DNA of 64,000 bases, taken from an uncultured virus (IMG/VR IMGVR_UViG_3300020578_000012). Its lineage: Duplodnaviria; Heunggongvirae; Uroviricota; Caudoviricetes. The number at the start of each line of letters is the position of its first letter. Position 1 is the first letter of the stretch. The position numbers were made by a program, and so were the translations under genes. The notes under the pieces are model-generated. The model was not told the DNA's origin, did not search any database, and saw only the letters and a list, made by a program, of their open reading frames with translations. The stretch lies in IMG/VR virus record IMGVR_UViG_3300020578_000012; one strand, 5' to 3'. Shown in pieces: positions 18,741 through 27,788 of this stretch.

Positions 18741-18834
18741 GTCCCATTGGACGCAAAATCGCCAAACAGAGGCGCAGGTATAGGGTAAATTAGGACCGCT
18801 GCAAAGCGATTGCAGGAGGTTTTACAGACCTGTG

Positions 18835-18900
18835 CAAGTTATTGATTTTATTAGAGTTTTTTACCTTTACAATATCGACTCATCGCGGTATAATGAATGT
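18835..18900 (+). promoter_or_regulatory. Sigma70-type early promoter with IHF-consensus site; leaderless start
   Basis: CAAGTTATTGATT at 18835-18847, TTTACA 18866-18871, 17-nt spacer, TATAAT 18889-18894, ATG at 18901. Confidence 0.8.
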
Positions 18901-19158
18901 ATGGTAAATGATAAAACTGTAAAAGTAGGTGACGTCGTCAAGTCTCTTGACTTCGTTGGTCATAACGATTGCTATCGCATTGGCGTGGTTGTCGCTGTCT
19001 ATAAAGACGGCACTTTTTGCGCCGAGACTGCCAAGCGTGTTTGGCAGGGTAAGGTTGATCTCTCCTTCCCGCGCGAAGAATTCTACGCTCCGCTTCCTGG
19101 CAATCATTTCTTTGATGATCTCGCTAATACTGAGCCTCGCGTGCAGGTGATTGCCTAA
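18901..19158 (+). CDS. Hypothetical protein (SH3/KOW-like start)
   Basis: VKVGDVVKS; leaderless ATG. Confidence 0.65.
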   Translation: MVNDKTVKVGDVVKSLDFVGHNDCYRIGVVVAVYKDGTFCAETAKRVWQGKVDLSFPREEFYAPLPGNHFFDDLANTEPRVQVIA

Positions 19159-19373
19159 TGAAAACTCCCTATTACGGAATGTTCACGGACGAAGGCAATG
19201 TTGCAGTCCACAATATTGTCACTACAGCACATCTCCTTGATATCTCTTGGATAGAGGTGTTGCGGATGTTGGAGAAACTCAGCAAGGTCAAAGGCTTCGA
19301 GGAAGCCACTGACACTGCGGTTCGCGAAGAGGTTTCGTTTGTTCTTTATGAGGAAATGCACAATGCGTCTTGA
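19158..19373 (+). CDS. Hypothetical protein
   Basis: Coupled ORF (TAATG). Confidence 0.65.
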   Translation: MKTPYYGMFTDEGNVAVHNIVTTAHLLDISWIEVLRMLEKLSKVKGFEEATDTAVREEVSFVLYEEMHNAS

Positions 19374-19572
19374 TCGTGGTCACGGCAGTCCGTATGATCG
19401 TGGTTCTGCCGACAGTTACTATCAGCGATCGTTTCGTCCGCACTATTTCGTGGGCGATACTTATAACTCTGATGAGATTCAGCAGTCAGAAATGACTTTG
19501 GAAGAGTGTCAGGAATATATTCGCGGCTGGCAGGACAATCAAGCCAGCGGCAATTTCAAGGACTGGGGTTGA
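19363..19572 (+). CDS. Hypothetical phage protein
   Basis: HGSPYDRGSADSYY; SD GAGG. Confidence 0.7.
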   Translation: MRLDRGHGSPYDRGSADSYYQRSFRPHYFVGDTYNSDEIQQSEMTLEECQEYIRGWQDNQASGNFKDWG

Positions 19573-19576
19573 TATT

Positions 19577-19801
19577 GTGAAAAAGCAAACTGAAACTTTG
19601 TTGAGTGAAGCCATTGATTTGGTAAATGGTGCTGATCTTGTTCTCGCAAACACGATGACGCAGTATGATCTCGATGCCAAGAACTGCTATGATCTTGCAG
19701 AAAAACTTGAGCGTGCGTGTCATTTGCTCTTGGTGATCGGTGATCGCAAGATGCAAGCAGATTTGAATAAGATTCCGATGGGTGAAGGAGTGCCGTTCTA
19801 A
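19577..19801 (+). CDS. Hypothetical protein
   Basis: Packed ORF with GTG start. Confidence 0.6.
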   Translation: MKKQTETLLSEAIDLVNGADLVLANTMTQYDLDAKNCYDLAEKLERACHLLLVIGDRKMQADLNKIPMGEGVPF

Positions 19802-20028
19802 TGGGATACTTTAAGAATATTGAGATTGATGTCATCGACATGTTTCACAGCGAAGGCATGAAGGAAGCAGAGATTGCAACATCTCTTGGTATTCCTCTGA
19901 CACAGGTTCACGCGATCCTTGCTGCTTATGACAATGATTGCGATGCCGCTGTCGCTGCAGGCGAAGATGGTGTTGAGATTGTCAGTTATGATGATCTTGA
20001 ATTTGATCCAGGCGCTGAGCACTATTGA
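19801..20028 (+). CDS. Small HTH-like protein
   Basis: GMKEAEIATSLGIPLTQVHAIL. Confidence 0.6.
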   Translation: MGYFKNIEIDVIDMFHSEGMKEAEIATSLGIPLTQVHAILAAYDNDCDAAVAAGEDGVEIVSYDDLEFDPGAEHY

Positions 20029-20294
20029 TGCAGCACTCACCACATTTTGAAGATTGGCTTGAATTACAAAAACTCAAACGTGAAAATGAGGAGTTGAAAA
20101 TGGCACAAGTAAATCCGAACAACACCAAGCAAGCAGTTGAACATCTGCGACAGTTGCACAAGATGGGTTATGCCGTTGTTGCGTTCACACCCGAAGAATT
20201 ACATGGTGCTGATCCCAATCATGTTGAAAATCGTTTGATTGAACTTGGTTGGGATGTGATTGATAGTCTTTCTACGGAGCCATATGATGAATGA
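20028..20294 (+). CDS. Hypothetical protein
   Basis: Coupled ORF (TGATG). Confidence 0.6.
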   Translation: MQHSPHFEDWLELQKLKRENEELKMAQVNPNNTKQAVEHLRQLHKMGYAVVAFTPEELHGADPNHVENRLIELGWDVIDSLSTEPYDE

Positions 20295-20400
20295 CCCATA
20301 TGTGACATTTGTTTTAGGATTGCTTTGCGGTCTTATCTGCGGTATACTAGTCATGATTCCTGCAAAACGAAAGGGTCGTTACTATTATGATGACAAATGA
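20287..20400 (+). CDS. Small single-TM peptide (37 aa, not in ORF track)
   Basis: MNDPYVTFVLGLLCGLICGILVMIPAKRKGRYYYDDK; fills the gap between genes. Confidence 0.5.
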   Translation: MNDPYVTFVLGLLCGLICGILVMIPAKRKGRYYYDDK

Positions 20401-20611
20401 ATATCGTCGTTCTGTGCTCGCACCAAGAGCAAGAGTACCATTCAATCCAAGTAACAAGCACCACATGCTTGACTTTGCTCGGTTTGTGAAGTACAATAGT
20501 TGGAGAGATGGTTGTTCTTATTTCTTGGAGGATCCATACACGGATATTCCTTCGATGATTCGAGCAAAGATCGCTGACTATACTCTGTCTAAACTTGTGG
20601 AGAAGGTATAA
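20387..20611 (+). CDS. Hypothetical protein
   Basis: Packed ORF. Confidence 0.65.
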   Translation: MMTNEYRRSVLAPRARVPFNPSNKHHMLDFARFVKYNSWRDGCSYFLEDPYTDIPSMIRAKIADYTLSKLVEKV

Positions 20612-21204
20612 TGAGTGTTTGGTTTCATCCAATATTTCCTACTCCATTTTACAGAGTTCAGATTCAAGAACATGATGCGATTGAACAATTCTTGCCAATA
20701 AGTAAGATTAAAGAAATAGCAGTGCATCACCCACCATGGCATTGCGATATTTTAACAACATTCGTTCATGGATCAGACACTCCTGATAACCTACAAGAAT
20801 GGCAGATCAGATTTCAAGAGATTTGTAACAATTATTTTCAACAATTTACGAAATTAGTATATAATACTAACGGTAGATTAGTATGTAAACATCCATGGAT
20901 TAACCTTTATAGAAAGGGTTCATTCCAAGAATGGCACCATCATTTAGGTGGCACTATGTTTTCATTTTGTTACTTTTACAAGATTCCTGATCATCCTGAC
21001 AGTGGTAAACTGCTATTTAGAAGTAGGAACAAAGATCTGGAATATGATTACCCAGATAAATTTAGGCTTAACGCTAGTTTTGATTCTGCACCGAAACAAA
21101 ACGAATTGTTTATTTTTCCCTGTTGGGTAGAACATAGGGTCACTCAGCATAATTGCGACGAAGAACGTATTACTATTTCTGGCAATTTTTCATTCTTGGA
21201 GTAA
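20611..21204 (+). CDS. 2OG-Fe(II) oxygenase-like protein (TIGR02466-type)
   Basis: PWIN, QEWHHH, IFPCWVEHRV, RITISGN. Confidence 0.85.
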   Translation: MSVWFHPIFPTPFYRVQIQEHDAIEQFLPISKIKEIAVHHPPWHCDILTTFVHGSDTPDNLQEWQIRFQEICNNYFQQFTKLVYNTNGRLVCKHPWINLYRKGSFQEWHHHLGGTMFSFCYFYKIPDHPDSGKLLFRSRNKDLEYDYPDKFRLNASFDSAPKQNELFIFPCWVEHRVTQHNCDEERITISGNFSFLE

Positions 21205-21206
21205 AA

Positions 21207-21368
21207 ATGGAAATCATTATTCTGTTGATATTTTTCTTGATCGTTTTCACTTCTGTTTCTTTTACATACATTTGGTATCAGATTCGTCTGGCTCAGAAAG
21301 ATGTTCAGAAAGCGATTGATGCATGTCGTGATGTTGTGACTGCTGCGAACACTGGCAGGTGGATGTGA
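21207..21368 (+). CDS. Small membrane protein
   Basis: N-terminal TM helix; SD GGAG. Confidence 0.55.
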   Translation: MEIIILLIFFLIVFTSVSFTYIWYQIRLAQKDVQKAIDACRDVVTAANTGRWM

Positions 21369-21502
21369 TGAGTCAGACTTTTTTAAGCGTGTTTCTGTTT
21401 TATGCTACACTCAACACAGTAACATTTATGTATCTTACTGCAAAGGTTGTTGAGTATATGAATTGGAAGCGCGACTGGAGAACATACAATGACCGAAGGT
21501 AA
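21368..21502 (+). CDS. Small hydrophobic peptide (44 aa, not in ORF track)
   Basis: TGATG coupling; MSQTFLSVFLFYATLNTVTFMYLTAKVV... Confidence 0.45.
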   Translation: MSQTFLSVFLFYATLNTVTFMYLTAKVVEYMNWKRDWRTYNDRR

Positions 21503-21683
21503 TTTTGAGGTAATGCCGATTGGCACAACAGAAGAACTGCGCGCTCTTCGAAGTTTTGCTAGAAACATGATTGAGGTTTTAGATAGTGGTGTTGATCCAA
21601 CTTCGAAGTGGGATCGATCACGACCATTGGTGAGAGAGATCAAAGAGTTCTATAATTTTCACAACGAAAAGTATATTATATGA
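21489..21683 (+). CDS. Hypothetical protein
   Basis: SD GGAG; packed ORF. Confidence 0.65.
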   Translation: MTEGNFEVMPIGTTEELRALRSFARNMIEVLDSGVDPTSKWDRSRPLVREIKEFYNFHNEKYII

Positions 21684-22000
21684 TGATCTATTGCGCTACA
21701 CGTTTCAAGCCGAAAAAGAAACGCAAAGCAAAGGGTGTAATTGCTCGGAAGTATCAACGTTCAAGTGCGATCTTGGGTGTTGAGAAACTTCCGAGTCTTT
21801 CATATTGTCCTCGTGTCGGCGCTGATACTGCGCGATCACTACAATCTCTTGATACCAATCTTGCATATACTGAGAAGCGAGAGAGCATGAAATATACAGG
21901 AACTCTCGTCAAGGGTATTGCTACAATGCATAAATCTAATGCTGTTCCTGTTATTGATGAGGAGCAGATGAAGGATATTAGTCGTATGAGGAGAGGGTAA
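21680..22000 (+). CDS. Hypothetical basic phage protein
   Basis: YTGTLVKGIATMHKSNAVPV motif. Confidence 0.7.
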   Translation: MMIYCATRFKPKKKRKAKGVIARKYQRSSAILGVEKLPSLSYCPRVGADTARSLQSLDTNLAYTEKRESMKYTGTLVKGIATMHKSNAVPVIDEEQMKDISRMRRG

Positions 22001-22098
22001 TGAAAGATTTTTGGAAGCCGCTATTAGAAATCCTATTGATCGCAGCAGGCATTTACGCGGTAATGATTGTATTATTCGCATATTTTGTAGGGTATTAA
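22000..22098 (+). CDS. Small single-TM peptide (32 aa, not in ORF track)
   Basis: TAATG coupling; MKDFWKPLLEILLIAAGIYAVMIVLFAYFVGY. Confidence 0.5.
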   Translation: MKDFWKPLLEILLIAAGIYAVMIVLFAYFVGY

Positions 22099-22099
22099 T

Positions 22100-22336
22100 A
22101 TGAATAGAACACAATTTGATTTAGAACAACAGATCATGGAATGCTGGAATGTCACCACAGACCTCAAGCGTGTAACTGAGTATTTGCTTGATGCACCGCT
22201 TGAGCCAGGTCGTGAGGACAAGATCGCTAACATGCTAATGGGCATGGAAGCATTATACGAAGTAAAGTTTGAAAGATGTTTTAAAACATTTGAAAAACTA
22301 TTGAAGGAACAACATATTAATGAACCAACAAATTAG
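22100..22336 (+). CDS. Hypothetical protein
   Basis: FDLEQQIMECW. Confidence 0.7.
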   Translation: MNRTQFDLEQQIMECWNVTTDLKRVTEYLLDAPLEPGREDKIANMLMGMEALYEVKFERCFKTFEKLLKEQHINEPTN

Positions 22337-22799
22337 AGTCGGCTTTACATGCGCCACATTTGATTTATTTCATGCTGGTCATATTCTTATGCTTAAAGAA
22401 GCAAAGAAGGTATGTGATCATTTAATAGTTGGATTACAAACAGACCCTACTATTGATCGCCCACATAAAAATAAACCTGTACAAAGTATATTTGAACGGC
22501 ATACGCAACTACAGGCTTGTAAGTATGTGGATGAGATTGTAGTTTATGCTACAGAAAAAGAATTGATTGATATACTTTTAGCCTATCCAATTGATGTTCG
22601 TGTACTTGGAGAAGAGTATGAAAATCGTGACTTTACAGGAAGAGAAATTTGTATTGATATGGGTATGAAGTTCCACTACAATAAGCGTAAACATAGTTTT
22701 AGCACCACAGAATTGCGTGAGCGTGTAATTGAGTCCCAGGCTGAAAAAAATCTAAGTCAGTGGATAGAAAATGAAAAATGGCAAAAACCTAAATTATGA
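22320..22799 (+). CDS. Glycerol-3-phosphate cytidylyltransferase-like (TagD family)
   Basis: TFDLFHAGH (HxGH), IVGLQTD, RKHSFSTT. Confidence 0.88.
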   Translation: MNQQIRVGFTCATFDLFHAGHILMLKEAKKVCDHLIVGLQTDPTIDRPHKNKPVQSIFERHTQLQACKYVDEIVVYATEKELIDILLAYPIDVRVLGEEYENRDFTGREICIDMGMKFHYNKRKHSFSTTELRERVIESQAEKNLSQWIENEKWQKPKL

Positions 22800-22903
22800 T
22801 TGTAGAAACTAACAAGCAATACCTTTGTTCTGTGTGTAATAGTGAATTTGATGTTGAAAGTGAGGGAGGTACCAATGGATATTTCGTTGACTATATACCA
22901 TAA
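22796..22903 (+). pseudogene. Short ORF with a single CxxC, possibly a truncated zinc-ribbon gene
   Basis: MIVETNKQYLCSVCNSEFDVESEGGTNGYFVDYIP then stop; no second CxxC. Confidence 0.3.
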
Positions 22904-22943
22904 GCGAGATGAGATAAAATAAAGTATTAAGGAGTGAAAAATT

Positions 22944-23318
22944 ATGTCTGTAAAATTTGAATACACTGGTAAGTTAGGTGGTGGGAGTGTTTGGGATAAA
23001 AATTCCACAAAAAAGATCACAGTTGAAATTGAAGATGACGATCTGACAGTTAACGAATTGCTTGATGAGTTCACAGGATTTTTGCGCGCATTAGGTTACT
23101 ATGTCAAACCAAGCGATCGTCTAGAGATCGTAAGTGATGATATCACAGATTTATCATCAAAAGAATTTAAATTCGATTTGCCTAAAGTTGATGAGTTTAA
23201 ATTAGATTGGAACAAGATTTATACCAATCAACCAAATATCAACTTTAATGTTTCGCAGACTGGAATGGATGGCACTTCAGATCCTGCTTATGGTGCTGTT
23301 CCGCCACCACATGATTGA
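22944..23318 (+). CDS. Hypothetical protein
   Basis: SD AAGGAG; FTGFLRALGY. Confidence 0.7.
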   Translation: MSVKFEYTGKLGGGSVWDKNSTKKITVEIEDDDLTVNELLDEFTGFLRALGYYVKPSDRLEIVSDDITDLSSKEFKFDLPKVDEFKLDWNKIYTNQPNINFNVSQTGMDGTSDPAYGAVPPPHD

Positions 23319-23326
23319 GGTGACAT

Positions 23327-23416
23327 ATGCCAGCTAAAACAGGAATCAAAGGTCACGGCAAGGGTCGTGCGAAAATGGGATCAAAAAAGCGAGCAGCCCG
23401 TCGTAAGAAGAAATGA
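23327..23416 (+). CDS. Very basic 29-aa peptide (not in ORF track)
   Basis: MPAKTGIKGHGKGRAKMGSKKRAARRKKK; SD GAGGTG. Confidence 0.55.
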   Translation: MPAKTGIKGHGKGRAKMGSKKRAARRKKK

Positions 23417-23526
23417 TTGATATACTCATTGGCTTATCTGTAACATGTGGTCTGTTTATAGGAATAGTTTTTTTGGTAAAATTTCTTTGTGAAGCAATAG
23501 CATGGATTCATGAGAAAACAAAATGA
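23413..23526 (+). CDS. Small single-TM peptide (37 aa, not in ORF track)
   Basis: ATGA overlaps at both ends; hydrophobic core. Confidence 0.5.
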   Translation: MIDILIGLSVTCGLFIGIVFLVKFLCEAIAWIHEKTK

Positions 23527-24011
23527 GAGTCTCTATAGGTAGATACCCGAAGAAGGGTGAGCAGAAGATATCTGTAAAAATTGATCCATGGGATACTTGG
23601 TCCATGGATCGTACACTTGCGCTCATCGTTCATCCAATGCTCAAGCAGTTGCTCAAGACGAATCATGGCGCACCTTACACTGATGATGACGATGTGCCTG
23701 AGCATCTTCGTTCGACTGCAGCCAAGCCCAAGAAAAATGAATGGGATACTGATGAGTTTCATTTCAAGCGTTGGAATTGGATCATGAAAGAAATGGTCTG
23801 GGCGTTTGGTGAACTTGCCAAAGATCGCGACCCAGACTTCTGTATCAAGAAGCCGAAGTATAAGTTCGTGAAAAAAGAAGGCGAAGATTTCAGCGAGATG
23901 GTTACTGTTCGTGAAGGTGTTTATGACACCGAGAAAATGAAAGCCTATCATGCTCGCAAGAAAAATGCTTTTCGTTTGTTCGGCAAATACTATGAGAATC
24001 TCTGGGATTAA
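23523..24011 (+). CDS. Hypothetical phage protein
   Basis: DTWSMD..LA, FRLFGKYYENLWD. Confidence 0.8.
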   Translation: MRVSIGRYPKKGEQKISVKIDPWDTWSMDRTLALIVHPMLKQLLKTNHGAPYTDDDDVPEHLRSTAAKPKKNEWDTDEFHFKRWNWIMKEMVWAFGELAKDRDPDFCIKKPKYKFVKKEGEDFSEMVTVREGVYDTEKMKAYHARKKNAFRLFGKYYENLWD

Positions 24012-24029
24012 TTAATACGAGGATTAATA

Positions 24030-24800
24030 ATGACAAGTTCCGAAGTACATCAGATAAAATATGACATAGAAAAAGAAAAAATTTATGAGGTAGATAATTT
24101 TTTTGATAGACCTTTTGAATTACACGACTATTTTTTCAAAAAAAATACTAATTATGTGTCAGATAATTTCGTGGCGCAAATAGGTAATACGGATCCGGAT
24201 GATCCTGGGTTAAGGCATAAATTAAATACAGAAAATGCTGTTGATGCTGCGATCATCGAAGAAATTGTATATAAGATCCAAAAAGTAACTGGTAAAAAAG
24301 TAACACACATTTCTGCATCTTTTAATGTTAATTTTGTACATTCCATGCACGGCTGTATTCATTTCGATGACGCTGAGGAAAATGTAAAAAAGTATTCTGG
24401 GTTGATATACATGAGTGCGGTCTTTCCATCTAATTGTGGTACTACATTATATCATTATCGCGACTTGAATGATGTTTTAAATTCTAAAAATATAACTATA
24501 CATGAATATTTGAGTATGACACATGTAATCAACAACATCCATATCTCATATAAAAATTTTGTAAAAATGCAATGTTCTGCAGAAGTAAAAAAAATTATGA
24601 GTGAATTTAAAGAATTTAAAAAATTTCAATTTGCATTTAATAAATTTATTGCGTACCCTGCTATACTACTACATTCTCAAGATGATTATTTTTCTGATGC
24701 ACCAGAAAATTCTGATTCTGGTCATAGATATTCCTTTAGCGTTTTCTTTGAATTAGATGATGCTGATGTAGATGCAAATTTAAAAGAAGAAAACGCATGA
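24030..24800 (+). CDS. 2OG-Fe(II) oxygenase-like (DUF6445-like)
   Basis: VDNFF, IHFD, GTTLY, FNK...LLHS. Confidence 0.65.
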   Translation: MTSSEVHQIKYDIEKEKIYEVDNFFDRPFELHDYFFKKNTNYVSDNFVAQIGNTDPDDPGLRHKLNTENAVDAAIIEEIVYKIQKVTGKKVTHISASFNVNFVHSMHGCIHFDDAEENVKKYSGLIYMSAVFPSNCGTTLYHYRDLNDVLNSKNITIHEYLSMTHVINNIHISYKNFVKMQCSAEVKKIMSEFKEFKKFQFAFNKFIAYPAILLHSQDDYFSDAPENSDSGHRYSFSVFFELDDADVDANLKEENA

Positions 24801-25474
24801 GTATTAATTATAAAAATTTAGATGAATCTGTTAAAGAATATAACAATTTTTTTGATAATCCAGATTTGGTTAGAGAAAATGGATTATCGCAAAAATATTT
24901 TAATCGTGATAAATTTGCAAAAACTGGCGTTTGGTCAGGTTATAGAGCGGATATCAATAACGCTGACATAGAAAATGAAATATTGGATAAAATTGAATCG
25001 TTTTACAATAGAAAAATTGTAAAATGCCACACTTTCCATTATCATATCAATCCGTGGGTGTCGAGACAAGGGTTTCCTCATTCTGATATTCGTCATAGTG
25101 CTTCAGAAGAAGATAAATCCACAAATTTTGCTGCAATAATTTATTTAAACAAAGACCATCAATTGCCACCTCTCGGGAATTATGGAACTACTGTATATAA
25201 CAGACTTGGGGATATTCCGATAGTCGATGATGATAAAATGCGAATAATGTATGAGACAAATCTTGAAGAGAATAATCGATTTAAAGATATGTTTTCAATC
25301 GAAGTGTCGATGCTTAAAAGTGTGCTAGAAGTTTATAAGCATATAAAATTTGAATACAATAAATTAGTTTTATATCCATCTATAGTTTTGCACTCTCCCG
25401 ATTTTTACTTTGGACAAACTGTGGAAAATTCTAGAATGACCATAGCAATACATGGCGTTTTAGATGCAAACTAA
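24797..25474 (+). CDS. 2OG-Fe(II) oxygenase-like (DUF6445-like)
   Basis: NNFFDNPD, PHSD, AAIIYL, GTTVY, YNK...VLHS, SRMT. Confidence 0.7.
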   Translation: MSINYKNLDESVKEYNNFFDNPDLVRENGLSQKYFNRDKFAKTGVWSGYRADINNADIENEILDKIESFYNRKIVKCHTFHYHINPWVSRQGFPHSDIRHSASEEDKSTNFAAIIYLNKDHQLPPLGNYGTTVYNRLGDIPIVDDDKMRIMYETNLEENNRFKDMFSIEVSMLKSVLEVYKHIKFEYNKLVLYPSIVLHSPDFYFGQTVENSRMTIAIHGVLDAN

Positions 25475-25940
25475 AGAAGAATTAGAGCAATGGTATAAGA
25501 ATGCGGATCCTTGGGCATATGAAAGCACTCATGATGATCTGTATAGAAAAGATAAAATTTTAAATCTGCTTCCGATTCGATACAATCGGGCAATAGATAT
25601 TGGGTGCGGAGAAGGATTTGTTACTAAAGATCTTCCTGCTGAAGATATACACGGTATTGAGTTATCGGATCTAGCAGCATCAAGACTTCCGTGGAATGTG
25701 AAAAGAATTCATGCACCAGAAGGTTTATATGATCTTGTAATGACAACAGGGACTTTATATGAACAATACAATCATGAGCAAATCGCACATTGGATAAAGG
25801 TAAGTGCATGCCGCCATGTTCTAATTGCTGGTATACGAGATTGGTTAAAGCCATACGCTTTCGGAAATATTATTACACGAATAGAATTTCCTTACAGACA
25901 ATACATTCAATCGGTGACACTATATGAAGTTGGCACATAA
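25464..25940 (+). CDS. SAM-dependent methyltransferase, NodS-like
   Basis: DPWAY N-terminal motif, IDIGCGEG. Confidence 0.75.
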   Translation: MQTKEELEQWYKNADPWAYESTHDDLYRKDKILNLLPIRYNRAIDIGCGEGFVTKDLPAEDIHGIELSDLAASRLPWNVKRIHAPEGLYDLVMTTGTLYEQYNHEQIAHWIKVSACRHVLIAGIRDWLKPYAFGNIITRIEFPYRQYIQSVTLYEVGT

Positions 25941-26445
25941 TATTGGGAATATTCGCCATCCTAATTATAATACTCGCGAACAAATTCTCACTTGTAGTGA
26001 TCCGATAGGATTCGATGGCATCTATAAGAACGTCTATTATAATCAAGATGTGCTCGCTGGTAAATCGGGTATCATGTTTGTGATGGGCGATTTTGTTGGT
26101 GGCGACAATGCTTTTGATCTTCCTAATGTTCCTCGACTTGAAGAATACTGCACATACGAAGAAGTTTGGCAACTTTGCGATAAGTATGGGTTTGAAATGG
26201 GTTGGCACACATGGAGTCATCGCGATCTAACTAAACTTAATAAAGAAGAGATTATGCAAGAAGTCACTCCTCCGATGGGAATGAAAATGAAATATTTTGC
26301 ATATCCCTATGGCACATTCAATGATCTTGTTATTGAATGCGTCAAAGAAGCAGGATATGAGAAAGCATATTCAGTAACGCAGGGCAGCCGTGATCCAAGC
26401 GACCCTGATTATAATTTTAAGATGTATCGCGATTATATTAAATGA
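25924..26445 (+). CDS. Polysaccharide deacetylase (CE4/NodB homology)
   Basis: GFDG, GWHTWSH, FAYPYG. Confidence 0.85.
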   Translation: MKLAHNIGNIRHPNYNTREQILTCSDPIGFDGIYKNVYYNQDVLAGKSGIMFVMGDFVGGDNAFDLPNVPRLEEYCTYEEVWQLCDKYGFEMGWHTWSHRDLTKLNKEEIMQEVTPPMGMKMKYFAYPYGTFNDLVIECVKEAGYEKAYSVTQGSRDPSDPDYNFKMYRDYIK

Positions 26446-27158
26446 AGAAAGAATATGATGAGAAAGGAATTATTGTTATTCCTTCCGTATTCAGTGCTTC
26501 TGAATGCGATCAAATTAAAAATTATGCATATTCAGTTACCGATGAACAGATCAAGGCTGCTGGATATCCTCATGTTCCGAGCGAACAAGCCTATAACAAA
26601 AGGTCTTTGATTTTTTTTCCTGCTCTTGCAAATTTATATCTAAACCAAATTCGAATCAGCAAGCCCATGACTGAATTAGTTCGCGAGTTCATTGGCGATG
26701 ATGTCCGACAGATTAACAATCAAATTTATTTTCGCGAGCGTGGTGATCTAGATCAATTCGCTTGGCATCAAGACATTATGTTTCGCGAAAGCGAAATATT
26801 TGGTAATGATGTTGTTGACGATTATTTTCAGACCATTATTGCAATAGATGACATCACGGAAGAAAACGGAGCCATTGAATTTATCGAAGGCTCACATAAA
26901 ACAATGCGCATTGATCCGCCAAAAAATCTTCGAAAATTTAATCGGACAAATTTAAAAGGAAAAAAATACACTGCCAAGAAAGGTGATGTTCTTATTTGGT
27001 CTGTGATGATCGTTCATGGCAGCGAAACAAACAATTCTAATTCTAGTCGTATGACATATATGAATGGTTTTTGTCGAACCAAGGCAGCAAAAACATATCC
27101 ACATTATATGATTGGAGGAAAGGTCGTCCATAAAATCGACCCAACAATGATACCATGA
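26442..27158 (+). CDS. PhyH-family 2OG-Fe(II) dioxygenase
   Basis: WHQD, IAIDDITEENGAIEFIEGSH, GDVLIW..IVHGS, SR. Confidence 0.88.
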   Translation: MKKEYDEKGIIVIPSVFSASECDQIKNYAYSVTDEQIKAAGYPHVPSEQAYNKRSLIFFPALANLYLNQIRISKPMTELVREFIGDDVRQINNQIYFRERGDLDQFAWHQDIMFRESEIFGNDVVDDYFQTIIAIDDITEENGAIEFIEGSHKTMRIDPPKNLRKFNRTNLKGKKYTAKKGDVLIWSVMIVHGSETNNSNSSRMTYMNGFCRTKAAKTYPHYMIGGKVVHKIDPTMIP

Positions 27159-27781
27159 TAACTGTTGTAATTTCATCATATAGATATGGGCATCTTGCTG
27201 CTCATTGCATAGAAACAATTTTGTCACAATCAAAAAAGCCTGAACGAATTATGTTTGTTGATGATGGTGTTGGCGACTGTAGACACATTTTAGAATTATA
27301 TCCCCAAATTGAATTTTATGAGAATCCTGAGAATTTAGGAACAGTTCAAAATTTTCAAAATATGTTGGAAAGAGTTAACACTGAATATTGTATGTTTATC
27401 GGAGCAGACAATTGGCTACGATCAGATACTATCGAAACTTTTTATAAAGTTATTGAACTTCAAATTCCGGATATCATCACATATGATATGATTCTTACGG
27501 GTGAAGTGAAGGGATCAAGAGTCAAGCACCATCCTGATGAGATGTGGCAGCATCAAGGTGATTATTACTGGAGAAAAGACCATAAACATCATGGATCGAT
27601 GCTTTATCGTACAGCACTGGCTAAATCAGTTGGTGGTTATGCTAAATATGGAAACTTCCATCAAACTTTGGAAGATTTAGGATTATGGGGAAGAATGACT
27701 GCGGCTGGTGCAAAAGTCTCTAACGTGAACCAAGCATTTCTCTACTATCGCCATCACAGAGAAAACAATAATAAGTATTGA
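27155..27781 (+). CDS. Glycosyltransferase family 2
   Basis: TVVISSY, VDDG, FIGADN, EDLGLW. Confidence 0.85.
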   Translation: MITVVISSYRYGHLAAHCIETILSQSKKPERIMFVDDGVGDCRHILELYPQIEFYENPENLGTVQNFQNMLERVNTEYCMFIGADNWLRSDTIETFYKVIELQIPDIITYDMILTGEVKGSRVKHHPDEMWQHQGDYYWRKDHKHHGSMLYRTALAKSVGGYAKYGNFHQTLEDLGLWGRMTAAGAKVSNVNQAFLYYRHHRENNNKY

Positions 27782-27788
27782 GGTTGTT

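Noticed and set aside
18741..18790. c-di-GMP-I riboswitch (GGACGCAAA)
   Set aside because: The upstream GGCAAA and GNRA-capped stem are absent
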